Assembly: GCA_965368975.1 (NCBI GenBank)
Contig: CBDUPA010000010.1
Coordinates: forward strand, 32,001-96,000
DNA: 64,000 nucleotides
Reading direction: 5' to 3'
DNA from: an uncultured bacterium
GTDB taxonomy: Bacteria > Acidobacteriota > Thermoanaerobaculia > Multivoradales > JAHZIX01
The notes under the pieces are model-generated. The model did no database searches. It was not told where the DNA came from and worked only from the letters and a program-made list of their open reading frames with translations. Numbering within the stretch: the first letter of the stretch is position 1; each line of letters begins with the position of its first letter. Shown here one piece after another: positions 30,854 to 41,182 of this stretch. Both the position numbers and the translations under genes were made by a program.

Positions 30854-33787
30854 TCAGGGTGCGGACCTTGGCAAGGGGCGGCGCAGCGCGGCGGCCGCGC
30901 GATCGGCCAGTGTCGCGTAGCCACGGTTACGGGCATCCTGCTGCAGGCCGCTCAGGCGTGCGCGCCCCGCAGCCGGCGTGCTCCCGAGAAGCTCGACTTC
31001 CCCTTGCGCCAAGCGCACCTCCAGTTCATCACCGATCCGTCGCTGCTCGAGCAACTCCTGCTGCAGGCGCTCCAGCTCGGCCAGCGCGAACGGAGCCCGC
31101 CCCTCGGCGGCGCTCAGACGGGCATCGGTCAAGGCCAGGTCTAGCTCGGGTGTGAGTTCCAGACCATTGCCCAACGGCAGGGCGGCCGGCTTCCTGGCGA
31201 CGCTGCCGCTGGCCGCCGCTGGCAAGGGTGCCGGCACCAGGGCGCGGGCAGCCTCGAGGGCCTGCCGGGCCGCGTCGGTATTTCCCTGGTAGAGCTGGCT
31301 GTGCGCCAGCAGGGCGTAGACTCGGGCCTGCAAGCGGTCGTCCTGAACAGCACCGTCAGCGAACGGCCCGAGCAGTTGCTGCAGGGAAGCTTCCGCCGCC
31401 GGCCAGCGGCCTCGGTCTGTGTCGAGCCGTACCAGAGTGAGGCGGCAGCGCACGTCTCCGCGCGTGTCGCCGAGCTGCCGATAGATCTCGAGCGCCCCAC
31501 GCAACAGGTCCGTGGCCGCGCCGGCATCGCCCTGCAGCCGTGCGAGCAGTGCCAGATGCTCCAGGCCACCGGCGCGCACGCGCAACAGGCGCGATACCGC
31601 GGTGCCTTCGGTACGTTGGCGCACTTGCTGGTAGAGATCCGCGGCCTGCTGCAGCCGCTCGCGTGCCGCCACCGCCTCGGCAACCGCCAGCAGCGTTTCC
31701 AGCTCCGCTGGCCGATCCTGTAGCTCCTGGTAGAGTTCCAAGGCCTGGCGTAGCGCCCGCTCGGTCTCGGCCAGCTCGCCGGCCGCCTGGAAGAGAAACG
31801 CCCGCTCCACGTGCGCGCCCGCCTGGCCATCACGATCATCGGCCTCGCGGAAGATCTCAACCGCCAAACGGAAGTCTTCCGCCGCCTCCAGCTGACGACC
31901 AAGACGTGACAGCAAGCGGCCACGGTGCAGGTAGACCTGCGCCTGTGCATCGCGGTCACCGAGGCGACGCAAGGTCATCAAGGCGCTCTGGTAGTGCTGC
32001 TCGGCTTCGTCAAAGCGCTGCAGGGCATAGCCGGCCACCGCCAGCGCGTGGTGCGCCTGAGCGGCCCCGGCATCGTCGTCGACGCGTCGCAGCAGGTCGA
32101 GCGCGGCTTCGGCAGCCGCCAGTGCAGCAGCGGCGTCCTGCTCTGCGAGCAATGCCTGGCTCTCCTGTAGGCGCGCCAGCCCCCAGAAGGTCAAGGCCCC
32201 CAACTCTTCCGCGCGGCGAGCCGCACGGCGGGCGGCCTGCAACCGGTCGCCCGAAGCGCCGCGCAGCGCCGCAACCTCGGCGGTCGCCAGTTCGATGCGT
32301 GGATCACCGCGCACGGGCTCGGGCAAGGTACGCAAACGCGTCAAGACGGCCGCGGCGCTGCCGGCCCGGCCCGCTTCGACGTGCAACCGTAGCAGTGCCA
32401 ATCCGGGCTCCGGTGCATCGGCGTCCAGTCGCCAGAGCTCCTCCTGCACCTGCACTGCCGGCGGCGAAGGCTCGGCGGCGCTGCCGCGAGCGCCCTGCAG
32501 ACGGCGAAAGTGTGCTTCGGCGGGCCAACGAAGAGGCTCTGGAAGGTCGGCGGTCAATTGCCAGGCGCGCTGCGCCGCGTCGAGCGCGCGGTCACGGTAG
32601 CCGAGTTCGGACAACACTGCCGACCAACGCAGTGTCGCAGCCGCACGGTCGGCCTCGTCGGTCGCGGACTGGCGCAGGAAGACCTCGGCTGAGCGCAGGT
32701 CGAGCAGCAGCTGCCGGTCGAGCCCCTGGCTGTAGAGACGTAGCCCCGCCACCGTCCTCGGCCATAGGCCATCGACGGGCCAGACTGCGGGCCTCTCGAT
32801 CAAGGGCAGGGCCGGCTCGCCGCCGTCCTGGCGCAGGCGCCGCTGTAGCTCGCCATAGAGTTCCCAGCTGCCTGCAGCCACTGTGGCCGCCAACTCGGTG
32901 ATCGGCACCGCCTCGAACTCCGTGTCGGCCAGCAAGCTCCCATCGGTGGGGTCGAGCACGGCAAGCCGAAAGTCCACCGCCAGCGGCTGCGGTAGGCGAT
33001 AGGTCCCGAGCGCGATCAGGTTGGCCCCCAGACGGTGGGCGATCGGCACCAGCGGAGGTCGCGCCAGGTCGGTCAGCGCCAGATCTCGGCGCATGCGCGC
33101 GATCTCGGTTCCGGGAATCAGGCGCAGTGGTGGCAGAGCGTCGAGATCGTCACCAAACATGCCAGCCAGCGCCGCGGCCAACCAGTCGGCGTCCGAGTCG
33201 CCGGAACGATTCTCGAAGCCGACCAGCGCCAGGCTCGGCCGCCCCGCGACCACCGGCACGCGCGGCCGATAGGCGACGACGCCCGCGGCAACGTCGTCTC
33301 CGCTGCCTCCGGCGGAGCGCAACCCAAGCCCATCGAGCGCCCATCCCGGTAGCTGGAAGCCGAAGAGTCTTCCGTCCGGCGTGGCGAGCTGCAGACCGCT
33401 GTAGAGCAAGGCACCGAGGGTCAAGACCGCGGTCGCTAGCAGCAGCCAAGATTGCCGACGGCGGTGGCGGGGCCGGCGGCCACGACGGTCCGCCCCCGCA
33501 AGGCCGCCGCGCCGTGCAACCGTTCCTGGCTCGGGCGGTCGCACCAGCTGGCGCTGCGACGCGAGATCGACCGCGGGTGCCTCGACAGGCGGCGTGGCAG
33601 GCCTGGGAAAGCTAGCTCGGGGAACCGCCAGGTCCGGCTCCGGAGGAGCGTTCGGGACGGCCCGGAAGATCGCGTCGCAACCGGCGCAGCGCAGCCGCAC
33701 CGCCGCCGCGCCCGCACCTTCATCGGCAGACCGGTGAAAGTGCAGGTGGACGTGACAGTGAGGACAGCGAACTTCGAGCGCGTGCAC
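30854..33787 (-). CDS. Zinc-ribbon membrane TPR protein lacking a kinase domain
   Basis: CPHC...CAGC, one TM helix, an SLALVGFENRSGD..W domain and a TPR array. No HRD/DFG motifs are present. Confidence 0.8.
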   Translation of the reverse strand: MHALEVRCPHCHVHLHFHRSADEGAGAAAVRLRCAGCDAIFRAVPNAPPEPDLAVPRASFPRPATPPVEAPAVDLASQRQLVRPPEPGTVARRGGLAGADRRGRRPRHRRRQSWLLLATAVLTLGALLYSGLQLATPDGRLFGFQLPGWALDGLGLRSAGGSGDDVAAGVVAYRPRVPVVAGRPSLALVGFENRSGDSDADWLAAALAGMFGDDLDALPPLRLIPGTEIARMRRDLALTDLARPPLVPIAHRLGANLIALGTYRLPQPLAVDFRLAVLDPTDGSLLADTEFEAVPITELAATVAAGSWELYGELQRRLRQDGGEPALPLIERPAVWPVDGLWPRTVAGLRLYSQGLDRQLLLDLRSAEVFLRQSATDEADRAAATLRWSAVLSELGYRDRALDAAQRAWQLTADLPEPLRWPAEAHFRRLQGARGSAAEPSPPAVQVQEELWRLDADAPEPGLALLRLHVEAGRAGSAAAVLTRLRTLPEPVRGDPRIELATAEVAALRGASGDRLQAARRAARRAEELGALTFWGLARLQESQALLAEQDAAAALAAAEAALDLLRRVDDDAGAAQAHHALAVAGYALQRFDEAEQHYQSALMTLRRLGDRDAQAQVYLHRGRLLSRLGRQLEAAEDFRLAVEIFREADDRDGQAGAHVERAFLFQAAGELAETERALRQALELYQELQDRPAELETLLAVAEAVAARERLQQAADLYQQVRQRTEGTAVSRLLRVRAGGLEHLALLARLQGDAGAATDLLRGALEIYRQLGDTRGDVRCRLTLVRLDTDRGRWPAAEASLQQLLGPFADGAVQDDRLQARVYALLAHSQLYQGNTDAARQALEAARALVPAPLPAAASGSVARKPAALPLGNGLELTPELDLALTDARLSAAEGRAPFALAELERLQQELLEQRRIGDELEVRLAQGEVELLGSTPAAGRARLSGLQQDARNRGYATLADRAAAALRRPLPRSAP

Positions 33788-33794
33788 GCTTACC

Positions 33795-35651
33795 TCATGC
33801 GTCAGACGGCGGCGGTGCCAGTGGCGGGGTCAGAGGCGGGCGTCGGCGATGGAAGTCGGTCACCTTCTGGTACGCCTGCGCCAAGGCCAGGACCGAGGTC
33901 TCGTCGAACAAGCGGCCCATGAAGGTGATCGAGGTCGGTGTGCCGTCGTCGCGGAAGCCGTTGGGCACCACGACGGCCGGGTGGCCGGTCAAGTTGGTCA
34001 TCAGCAGGTGGTCGCCACCGAAGCTGGGCACGATGTAGGCATCCAGGTCGCTCAGGCGCCTCTCCCATTCGCGCATCACAAGCGTCCTCACGCGGTTGGC
34101 GTTGAGGTACTCGACCGCCGGGATAGTGCGCGCCTGGCGAAAGAAATTGGGCCAGGCAAACTCCTCTTGCCGCACTAGCTGGTCGTCCAGGCCTTCGCGC
34201 GTGAAGGCATCGAAGGCGGCGGCCGCTTCGGCACTCAAGATGATGCCGAGGGCGTCCAGCGGCAGCTCGTCGGGCAGCTCCAAGGGCTGTAGCTCGACGC
34301 CCAGCCCGCGCAGCACTTCCAGCGTCTCGAGATCGTGGCGCATCCAGACCGCGTCGTCCTCCTCGCCCGGTTCGCGCTCGAACAACGCTGGCAGGTAGCC
34401 GACGCGCAGCTGCTCCAGAGGGCGCGGCGGCGGCCAGTCAAATGGACGGTCGACCACCATCGGGTCGCCATCATCGACGTTGGTACCGTGCAACTGGGCG
34501 AAGACCAGCGCACAGTCGTCGACGCTACGGCAGATCGGCCCCAGCTTGTCCATCGACCAGGAGAGGGTCATGGCCCCGTCGCGGCTGACACGGCCGAAGC
34601 TCGGGCGCAGGCCGCTGGCGCCACAGCGCGTCGACGGCGAGACGATCGAGCCCCAGGTCTCACTCCCCAGGCTGAAGCCGACCAGGCCGGCTGCGGTCGC
34701 CGAGGCCGACCCCGCCGACGAGCCCGACGAACCTTGCTCGAGATTCCACGGGTTGCGCGTCTTGCCCCCAAACCAGACGTCGCCCCAGGCCAGGGCACCG
34801 AGCGTCAGCTTGCCAAGCAAGACAGCGCCCGCCGCATCCATGCGCCGCACCGCCATGGCGTCGTGCTCGATGCGCTGCTCGCGGTAGGGCTGGGCACCCC
34901 ACGTGGTCGGGTAACCGGCGACCGAGAGCAGGTCCTTGGCGCCCCAGGGAATGCCGTGCAACGGACCGCGCCAGCGGCCGGCGCGGATCTCGGCATCGGC
35001 CGCGCGTGCCTGCTCGAGTGCACGCTCCGGCATCAGTGTCACGACGCAGTGCAGCAGTGGGTCGAACCGCTCCAGCCGTCGCAGGTACAGCTCGGTCAGC
35101 TCAACCGATGTCACCTGCTGCCGGCGGACCAGCGACGCCAGCTCGCGCACGTTGAGGAAGGCCAGCTCGTCGTCGCTCTCCGGACGCTCGACACCGTCGT
35201 CCTTGGGCAAGCTGGCGGCCTTGCTCGGCCCAGGGGCCCCGAGCGCACCCGGCGCCGGCAGTCCATCCGCCATCGACGGCACCGACGTCCAGGGCCGGAA
35301 ATGCAGAGCCGGCGGCACCGAGTTCGAAAGCTTCACCGCCCGCAGCTTCTGGTAGGACTCGTACTGCTGCCGGACACCGTTCATCATCATCTCCAGCTCA
35401 CTGTCCGTGAACTCGAGACCGGCAACCCGCGCCGCCACCCGCACCTGTTCCTCCGTCACCTGAGCCGCCGCCTCTTCGACCTGCGCCCACAACACCTCGC
35501 CGAACAGCGGCGACGCTAGCCCCAGGGCACTCAGCCCAGCGAGGAAACGACGGCGGTCGACGCTGGCGGCTTGCTGGCGCTCGTCGCCCTTGTCAGGGGT
35601 CGGGGTCTCGGGCAGCGGGGTGTCGGCGTCAAAACGGGAACTACGGCTCAT
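33795..35651 (-). CDS. Amidase-signature family protein with Tat-like signal
   Basis: RRRFL twin-arginine motif, GPLHGIPWGAKD, GSSGSSAGS and GSETWGSIVSP. Start placed at MSRSSRF after a GGAG RBS. Confidence 0.9.
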   Translation of the reverse strand: MSRSSRFDADTPLPETPTPDKGDERQQAASVDRRRFLAGLSALGLASPLFGEVLWAQVEEAAAQVTEEQVRVAARVAGLEFTDSELEMMMNGVRQQYESYQKLRAVKLSNSVPPALHFRPWTSVPSMADGLPAPGALGAPGPSKAASLPKDDGVERPESDDELAFLNVRELASLVRRQQVTSVELTELYLRRLERFDPLLHCVVTLMPERALEQARAADAEIRAGRWRGPLHGIPWGAKDLLSVAGYPTTWGAQPYREQRIEHDAMAVRRMDAAGAVLLGKLTLGALAWGDVWFGGKTRNPWNLEQGSSGSSAGSASATAAGLVGFSLGSETWGSIVSPSTRCGASGLRPSFGRVSRDGAMTLSWSMDKLGPICRSVDDCALVFAQLHGTNVDDGDPMVVDRPFDWPPPRPLEQLRVGYLPALFEREPGEEDDAVWMRHDLETLEVLRGLGVELQPLELPDELPLDALGIILSAEAAAAFDAFTREGLDDQLVRQEEFAWPNFFRQARTIPAVEYLNANRVRTLVMREWERRLSDLDAYIVPSFGGDHLLMTNLTGHPAVVVPNGFRDDGTPTSITFMGRLFDETSVLALAQAYQKVTDFHRRRPPLTPPLAPPPSDA

Positions 35652-35910
35652 GGTATCTCCTTGAAGAACGGTCTCCCAAAGCCCAAGGCATCGGAGGTCG
35701 AAGCGACGCGTCCTATTGTATGTCTCCTGACCTCCATGGCGGCTCTGAAACATTTTCCCACCCTCGTGCGTCCTAGGGACTGAAGGCGCACGACACAGCC
35801 GGCACCCACACTCGCGCCGCTGGCCGCCGCCCTCCCGAACAAAGCAACAAGCACAACACAACGGCCCCGAGCTGGACAGGTGGTCCGAGCCGGGCACGAG
35901 GAGAGATCCC

Positions 35911-36531
35911 ATGTTCGAGAACCACGCACATATCCGTCAGAACAACCGTCGTTCCACCAACTTCTTTGCTATCACCTTCCTGGCACTCCTCGTTGTTGTC
36001 GCCAGCGCTCTGCCGGCCGCGGCAACCGACGACCTGTGGCTGCACGTAACCATCCGGGAAGCCGAAGAGGGCAACGTCACAGTCAACCTCCCCCTGAGCT
36101 TCGTCGAGGCCGCTATACCGCTGATCCCCGAGGAAGAGTTCCAGGACGGCAAGATCGTCATCGAAGACGCCGAGTTCTCGGCCGAGGACCTGCGCGGCCT
36201 TCTCGACGCGGTGCGCGACAGCCCGGACATGACCTTCGTCACTGTGCAGGCCGACGACGGCGATGTCCAGGTCTCGAAGTCGGGTGCCTATCTGCTGGTG
36301 CGGGCCTCGGAGCCGGGTAGCGGTGAAGACGCCGCGCCGACCGATGTCGACGTCAAAGTGCCGCTACGCGTCGTCGAGGCCCTGCTCGAAGGCACCGCCG
36401 ACAACGAGATCAACCTGCTCGCCGGACTGCGCGCGCTGGCCGACGAGGGCGAGGGAGAGCTGGCGACCATCACCGAGGGACAGTCCAAGATCCGCGTGTG
36501 GGTCGACCGCAACCCCGAGATCGCCCGCTGA
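35911..36531 (+). CDS. Hypothetical secreted protein
   Basis: GAGGAG RBS, signal peptide (ALPAAA) and an internally repeated VxVxxPLxxVEA motif. Confidence 0.75.
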   Translation: MFENHAHIRQNNRRSTNFFAITFLALLVVVASALPAAATDDLWLHVTIREAEEGNVTVNLPLSFVEAAIPLIPEEEFQDGKIVIEDAEFSAEDLRGLLDAVRDSPDMTFVTVQADDGDVQVSKSGAYLLVRASEPGSGEDAAPTDVDVKVPLRVVEALLEGTADNEINLLAGLRALADEGEGELATITEGQSKIRVWVDRNPEIAR

Positions 36532-36552
36532 GTCCAACTTCGACCGTCACCA

Positions 36553-36595
36553 CGATGGGGCTGCCGGCAAGAGCCGCGCAGCTCCATCGCGTTTT
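36553..36595 (+). terminator. Probable intrinsic terminator
   Basis: Long stem cgatggggctgc...gcagctccatcg followed by cgtttt. Confidence 0.6.
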
Positions 36596-36665
36596 GGAGT
36601 CGAGCTGATGGAACATCGCGCGCCGCGGCGTCGTAAGCCTTAGTGAACCAACGGAGGACCGAACG

Positions 36666-37124
36666 ATGAGAAAAGTCTTGAGAGTCATTTTGATCATGGT
36701 CGGCGTTTTCGCCTTCCTTCTGGTCGGCACCGGCGTGGCGCTGGCGGCGACCGTGCTGCACTCCGGCCTGGTCGTGGTGAAGGTCCACGACAAGGGCCCC
36801 GACGGAGTCCACTTCACGATTCCGGTTCCCGCCAGCCTGCTACAAGCCGGCATGTCGATCGCCGTCCAGAATACGGACGAAGCCGAAATGCAGCGCGTGC
36901 GTGCACAGCTCGCCCCCTGGCGACCCGCCCTCTCCGAATCGCTGGACCAGTTGCGCGACGTCGACGACTTCACCATGGTAAACGTCGATGGCCCCGACGA
37001 GCACGTGAGCATCCGCAAGCACGGCAACGCCTGGATTGTCGACGTGCGCAGCTCAGAAGCCGACGTCTACATCTCGATGCCGCTCGGCCTGCTGGAGTCG
37101 GCACTCGAAGCTTTCGGCGGCTGA
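36666..37124 (+). CDS. Hypothetical membrane-anchored protein, distantly similar to the upstream gene
   Basis: GGAGG RBS, N-terminal hydrophobic helix, and TIPVPASLL / ISMPLGLLE motifs. Confidence 0.7.
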   Translation: MRKVLRVILIMVGVFAFLLVGTGVALAATVLHSGLVVVKVHDKGPDGVHFTIPVPASLLQAGMSIAVQNTDEAEMQRVRAQLAPWRPALSESLDQLRDVDDFTMVNVDGPDEHVSIRKHGNAWIVDVRSSEADVYISMPLGLLESALEAFGG

Positions 37125-37143
37125 ACGTCACCGAAGACGGCGC

Positions 37144-38412
37144 TCACTCGTCGATCATCGCCGCAATCTGGCGCCCGATCGCGATCGAAGCGGTGGCTCC
37201 GGGCGAAGGTGCGTTGAGCACGTGCACCATGCGCTGGGCGCGCACGATGTGGAAGTCGTCCAGCAGCCTGCCCTGGGAATCCAGCGCCTGCGCCCGGACT
37301 CCGGCACCCCCAGGCTCGACGTCGTCGTCTTCGAGTTCCGGAATCAGCCGGCGCAGCGCGCGCACGAAGGCCGCACGGCTGAGCGAGCGGTACACCTCGC
37401 CGCAGCCGATCACCGCGTGACGCGCGGCCAGGCGCCAGAAGCCGAAGTAGCTCAACGTTTCGAGGCTATCGCGCAGATTGACCTGACCCCAGCTGTAGCC
37501 ATCGCGCGCCAATGCCAGCACCGCGTTCGGCCCCGCCTCTACCTGTCCATCGAAAACGGTGCGCGTGAAGTGCACACCGAGGAACGGGAAGCGCGGGTCG
37601 GGAACCGGGTAGATCAGATTCTTGACCAGGTGGCGGCGGTCCGGACGCAGGTCATAGTACTCGCCGCGGAAGGGCACGATGCGGGCCCCCGGATCGACAC
37701 CGGCGAGACGCGCCAGGCGATCACTCCAGGCACCGGCACAGTTGATCAACAAGCCGCAGCGCACGGCACCGCGCGAGGTTTCGAGCACGAGATCACCGCC
37801 ACCAGGCTGCTCGCCCTGAGCTGACTCGCCGCCCGCGGCGTCGCGCCTTATCTTGGTGACCCGCCAACCGGTGCGCACCTCACCTTCGCCCTCCTCGATC
37901 CGACGAGCATAGGTGCGGGCGACCTCGGGATAGTCGACGATTCCGGTGTCTGGCACATACAGACCGTCCATGCCCGCCACATGCGGCTCGTATTGCTGCA
38001 ACTCGGCAGCGGACAGTCGGCGCAGGCCCACCAGACCGTTGGCTCGACCGCGGCGCTCCAATTCGTCGAGACGCGGCACTTCTTCTTCGGACAAGGCCAC
38101 GACCAGCTTGCCACAGCGTTCGTGACGGATCTCGTGCTCGGCACAGAACCGGTAGAGGTCTTCACGCCCTTCGGTACACGTCTGCGCCTTGAGCGATCCC
38201 GGCTCGTAGTACAGGCCTGAGTGGATGACACCACTGTTGTTGCCGCTCTGGTGGGCCGCCAGCCGATCTTCCCCTTCGAGCAAGACCAAGCGCCGCCGCG
38301 CTCCACCCTGCCCGGACCGCGTCCCCCACGGAGGCGGCGCTGCTAGCGCCATGGCCGTCGCCAGCCCCACGAGGCCCCCCCCAACGACTGCGATGTCGAA
38401 CCGCTCACTCAT
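37144..38412 (-). CDS. lhgO: L-2-hydroxyglutarate oxidase
   Basis: GGGLVGLATA, HQSGNNSGVIHSGLYY.PGSLKA, FRGEYY, YPVPDPRFPFLGVH and NAPSPGATAS. Confidence 0.93.
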   Translation of the reverse strand: MSERFDIAVVGGGLVGLATAMALAAPPPWGTRSGQGGARRRLVLLEGEDRLAAHQSGNNSGVIHSGLYYEPGSLKAQTCTEGREDLYRFCAEHEIRHERCGKLVVALSEEEVPRLDELERRGRANGLVGLRRLSAAELQQYEPHVAGMDGLYVPDTGIVDYPEVARTYARRIEEGEGEVRTGWRVTKIRRDAAGGESAQGEQPGGGDLVLETSRGAVRCGLLINCAGAWSDRLARLAGVDPGARIVPFRGEYYDLRPDRRHLVKNLIYPVPDPRFPFLGVHFTRTVFDGQVEAGPNAVLALARDGYSWGQVNLRDSLETLSYFGFWRLAARHAVIGCGEVYRSLSRAAFVRALRRLIPELEDDDVEPGGAGVRAQALDSQGRLLDDFHIVRAQRMVHVLNAPSPGATASIAIGRQIAAMIDE

Positions 38413-38460
38413 GACAACACGCTCTCTTTCCTTCGCGAATCCAAGCACTCGCCTGCAGGT

Positions 38461-40914
38461 TCACTCGTCGCGCAGCGCCACCACCGGGTCCACCCGCGTA
38501 GCCCGGCGCGCCGGAATCCAGAGCGCACACAGCGCCGAGGCGACCAGCACCAGCAGCGCGATTACCAGCAGCGCCGGCTCGAACGGCGCCACCTGATAGA
38601 GCTGCACCTGCATCGCACGGCTGAGCCAGAAGGCCATCGGCAGGCCGAGCAGCAAGCCTGTCAGCACCCAGCGTAATCCCTGCCCGAGCACCAGGCCGTG
38701 GACGCGACCATGATCGGCTCCAAGGGCCATGCGCAGACCGATCTCGCGCCGCCGCTGACGCACCAGGTAAGCCAACACGCCATAGACACCGAGCACGGAA
38801 ACAATCAGCGCGACCCCGGCGAACAGCGCCATCACGGCACCCAGGAAGCGATCGTCTTCGGCCTGCGCGGCGATGCGCGCGCGCATGGTCGAGAGGTTGT
38901 AGCTGGGTACGTCGGGATCGAGACGACGCACCGTCTCCTGCACTGCCCGCCGCTGCGCCCGTGGGTCCTCCGCGCGCACCATGAGCGTCGGGCTGGCGGG
39001 CGGAGACTGGTACAGCGGTACGTAGATGTCGAGCCCGGGCCCCGATTGCAGGACGTCCTTGAGCTGGCGCGCCATCACCGTCTCGACGACGCCGACCACC
39101 GTCATCCAGCGCGGCTCGTCCGTCTCCAGCTGCCCAAAGCGCAAGCGCTTGCCGATCACGTCCCCGTCGTTCGGCCAGGCGCGCGCAGCCATGTCGCGGC
39201 TGACGATCGCGACAGACGGCGCATCGAGATCGTCGGAGGGCAAGAAACCACGGCCGCGCAGCACGTCGATGCCGAGCGTGCGGAAATAGGCCGGTGTCAC
39301 CCGCTGGTAATAGGTCCGGACCGGTCTCGGGTCCGGCATCGCCAGGTGGTCCTCGATCACCAGGGAGTTCGCCGACCGCGCATCCGGCGGCGCCAGGCCA
39401 CCGATCCAGGCCGCCGAGTCGACACCCGGCAAGCCCGCGACCTCCGCCTCGAGCTGCCGCAGGTAGGCGAGCAGTTGCTCCCGCTCCTGGTAGCGCGGAT
39501 GCGTCAGGTCGACGTTCAGCGACAACAGCCGGTCGGCGTCGTACCCCGGATCACCGTTCTGCAAATTCTGGAAGCTGCGCACCATCAGACCGGCACCGTA
39601 GAGCAGCGCCAGGGCAAGAGCCAACTCGACCACCACGATGGTCACCAGTGGTCGTGCCCCCGCTCCGACCAGTCGTCCCTCGCCGGACCGCAAGACGTGC
39701 TGCACGTTGCGCAAGGCCGGTAGACGCAGCAACGGCGTCAAACCACAAGCCAGGCCAGCCAGCAGGCCGAGCAGCAAGCAGCCCACGACTACCGGCACAT
39801 CAGCGAAGTCGAGATCGAAGGTACGCGGCGGGATGTCGCTGAGGCCGATCAGCCATTTGCTGGCCAGCAGGCCAGTGAGGAGCCCAACGAAGCTGCCGAT
39901 CAGGCCCAGCATCATTCCTTCGAGCAGCCAGAGCCGAGCCAGCGACCCGGCACCACCTCCCAGGGCCAGGCGCATCGCCATCTCGCGATCCCGACCGGCC
40001 GCTCGAGTGAGTAGCAGTCCAGCAACGTTGACGGCACACAGCAGCAACAATAGGACCGCGGCCAGTAGGCCGACGTGCAGCCGATCGACGATGTGCTGAA
40101 AGAACGCCGTCTGGAGCGTCAGCATCCAGACGCGGAAACCATCATTGGTGTCGGGATAACGCTCGTCGAGCGCGACGGTCACACGCTCCATATCTGCCCG
40201 AGCCTCGCTGTCCGTCACGCCCGGCTTCAGCCTCGCAAGGGTCTGCAGCCGGCGCACGAAGCGCAGTTGCAGATTGTCTCGAATGATCGCCGAGTAGGCG
40301 GAGATCGGCACCCACAAGTGCACCGGGTCCCACCACATGCCGCGAAACGACGCCTCGACGACGCCAACAATAGTGAATGACTGGTTGTTGAGACTGATGA
40401 CTCGGCCCACGATGTCCGGATCACCGCCGAAACGTTGCTGCCAGAGTTCGTGGCTGATCATCACCACCGGAACACTGGCCAACATCTGGTCTTCGGCCTC
40501 TTCGAACGTCCTCCCGACCGCGGTTTCAATGCCCAGCAGAGGAAAGAGGTTCCAGCTCACCAGCTCGCAGTTCAGATGCTCGGCTCGATCGCCACCGGTC
40601 AGAACCACCGAGTACAGCATCGAGCTGACGGCCATGTCTTCGAAGACCCGATTCTCGCGTCGCCAATCCTCGAAGTCCGGGTACGACACCGCACTGCGAT
40701 GGGTGCCCAACTCCGGCTGCGCGGAGACGACATAGCGAAGCCGCTCTGCGTCCTGATAGGGCAAGGGCCGCAGCAGCGTCGCGTAGTAGACGCTGAAGAC
40801 CATCACGACGGCACCCAGGCCCAAGCCCAAGATCAACAGCACCGGCACCAATACCCCCGGCTGCCGAAGCATGCCACGCACCACTACACCGAGCTGTTGC
40901 CAAAGATTCCTCAC
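38461..40914 (-). CDS. ADOP-family (duplicated MacB/FtsX) ABC permease
   Basis: LLRPLPY, WQQRFGGDP.IVGR, RLKPGV, REMAMRLALG and REIGLRMALGA...PARRATRVDPVVALR. Start placed at GTG 40914 after AGGAG. Confidence 0.92.
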   Translation of the reverse strand: MRNLWQQLGVVVRGMLRQPGVLVPVLLILGLGLGAVVMVFSVYYATLLRPLPYQDAERLRYVVSAQPELGTHRSAVSYPDFEDWRRENRVFEDMAVSSMLYSVVLTGGDRAEHLNCELVSWNLFPLLGIETAVGRTFEEAEDQMLASVPVVMISHELWQQRFGGDPDIVGRVISLNNQSFTIVGVVEASFRGMWWDPVHLWVPISAYSAIIRDNLQLRFVRRLQTLARLKPGVTDSEARADMERVTVALDERYPDTNDGFRVWMLTLQTAFFQHIVDRLHVGLLAAVLLLLLCAVNVAGLLLTRAAGRDREMAMRLALGGGAGSLARLWLLEGMMLGLIGSFVGLLTGLLASKWLIGLSDIPPRTFDLDFADVPVVVGCLLLGLLAGLACGLTPLLRLPALRNVQHVLRSGEGRLVGAGARPLVTIVVVELALALALLYGAGLMVRSFQNLQNGDPGYDADRLLSLNVDLTHPRYQEREQLLAYLRQLEAEVAGLPGVDSAAWIGGLAPPDARSANSLVIEDHLAMPDPRPVRTYYQRVTPAYFRTLGIDVLRGRGFLPSDDLDAPSVAIVSRDMAARAWPNDGDVIGKRLRFGQLETDEPRWMTVVGVVETVMARQLKDVLQSGPGLDIYVPLYQSPPASPTLMVRAEDPRAQRRAVQETVRRLDPDVPSYNLSTMRARIAAQAEDDRFLGAVMALFAGVALIVSVLGVYGVLAYLVRQRRREIGLRMALGADHGRVHGLVLGQGLRWVLTGLLLGLPMAFWLSRAMQVQLYQVAPFEPALLVIALLVLVASALCALWIPARRATRVDPVVALRDE

Positions 40915-41107
40915 GCACACTCCTACTGCAGGTCTATAGGTGACCGATTCTAAAAGTGGCCCCCTGGAATTGCAATGAGGCACTCGCACTCGTTGGCACT
41001 CACGACCTGAGTACCGACCAGGGCAACACCGGGATGCCGGGCAGAAGCAATGGAGCATACGAATGCTCACGCAGATGAAGCGAAATTAATGCGCAATGAC
41101 GAATAGG

Positions 41108-41142
41108 AAAGACAAAGAAAAATGCACCCGCTCAGGGTGCAT
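41108..41142 (-). terminator. Intrinsic terminator after the carrier-protein gene
   Basis: Perfect 8-bp stem atgcaccc/gggtgcat (41122-41142) followed by ttttctttgtcttt on the minus strand. Confidence 0.75.
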
Positions 41143-41182
41143 CGAAAAGAGAGAACGCGCCGCGCCGTGGGGGCGTGGCGAT

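Noticed and set aside
40915-41070. Cys-rich N-terminal extension of the ADOP permease ORF as a possible peptide
   Set aside because: It lies upstream of a good RBS/GTG start at 40914 in lower-GC intergenic DNA, with no RBS or leader motif of its own.
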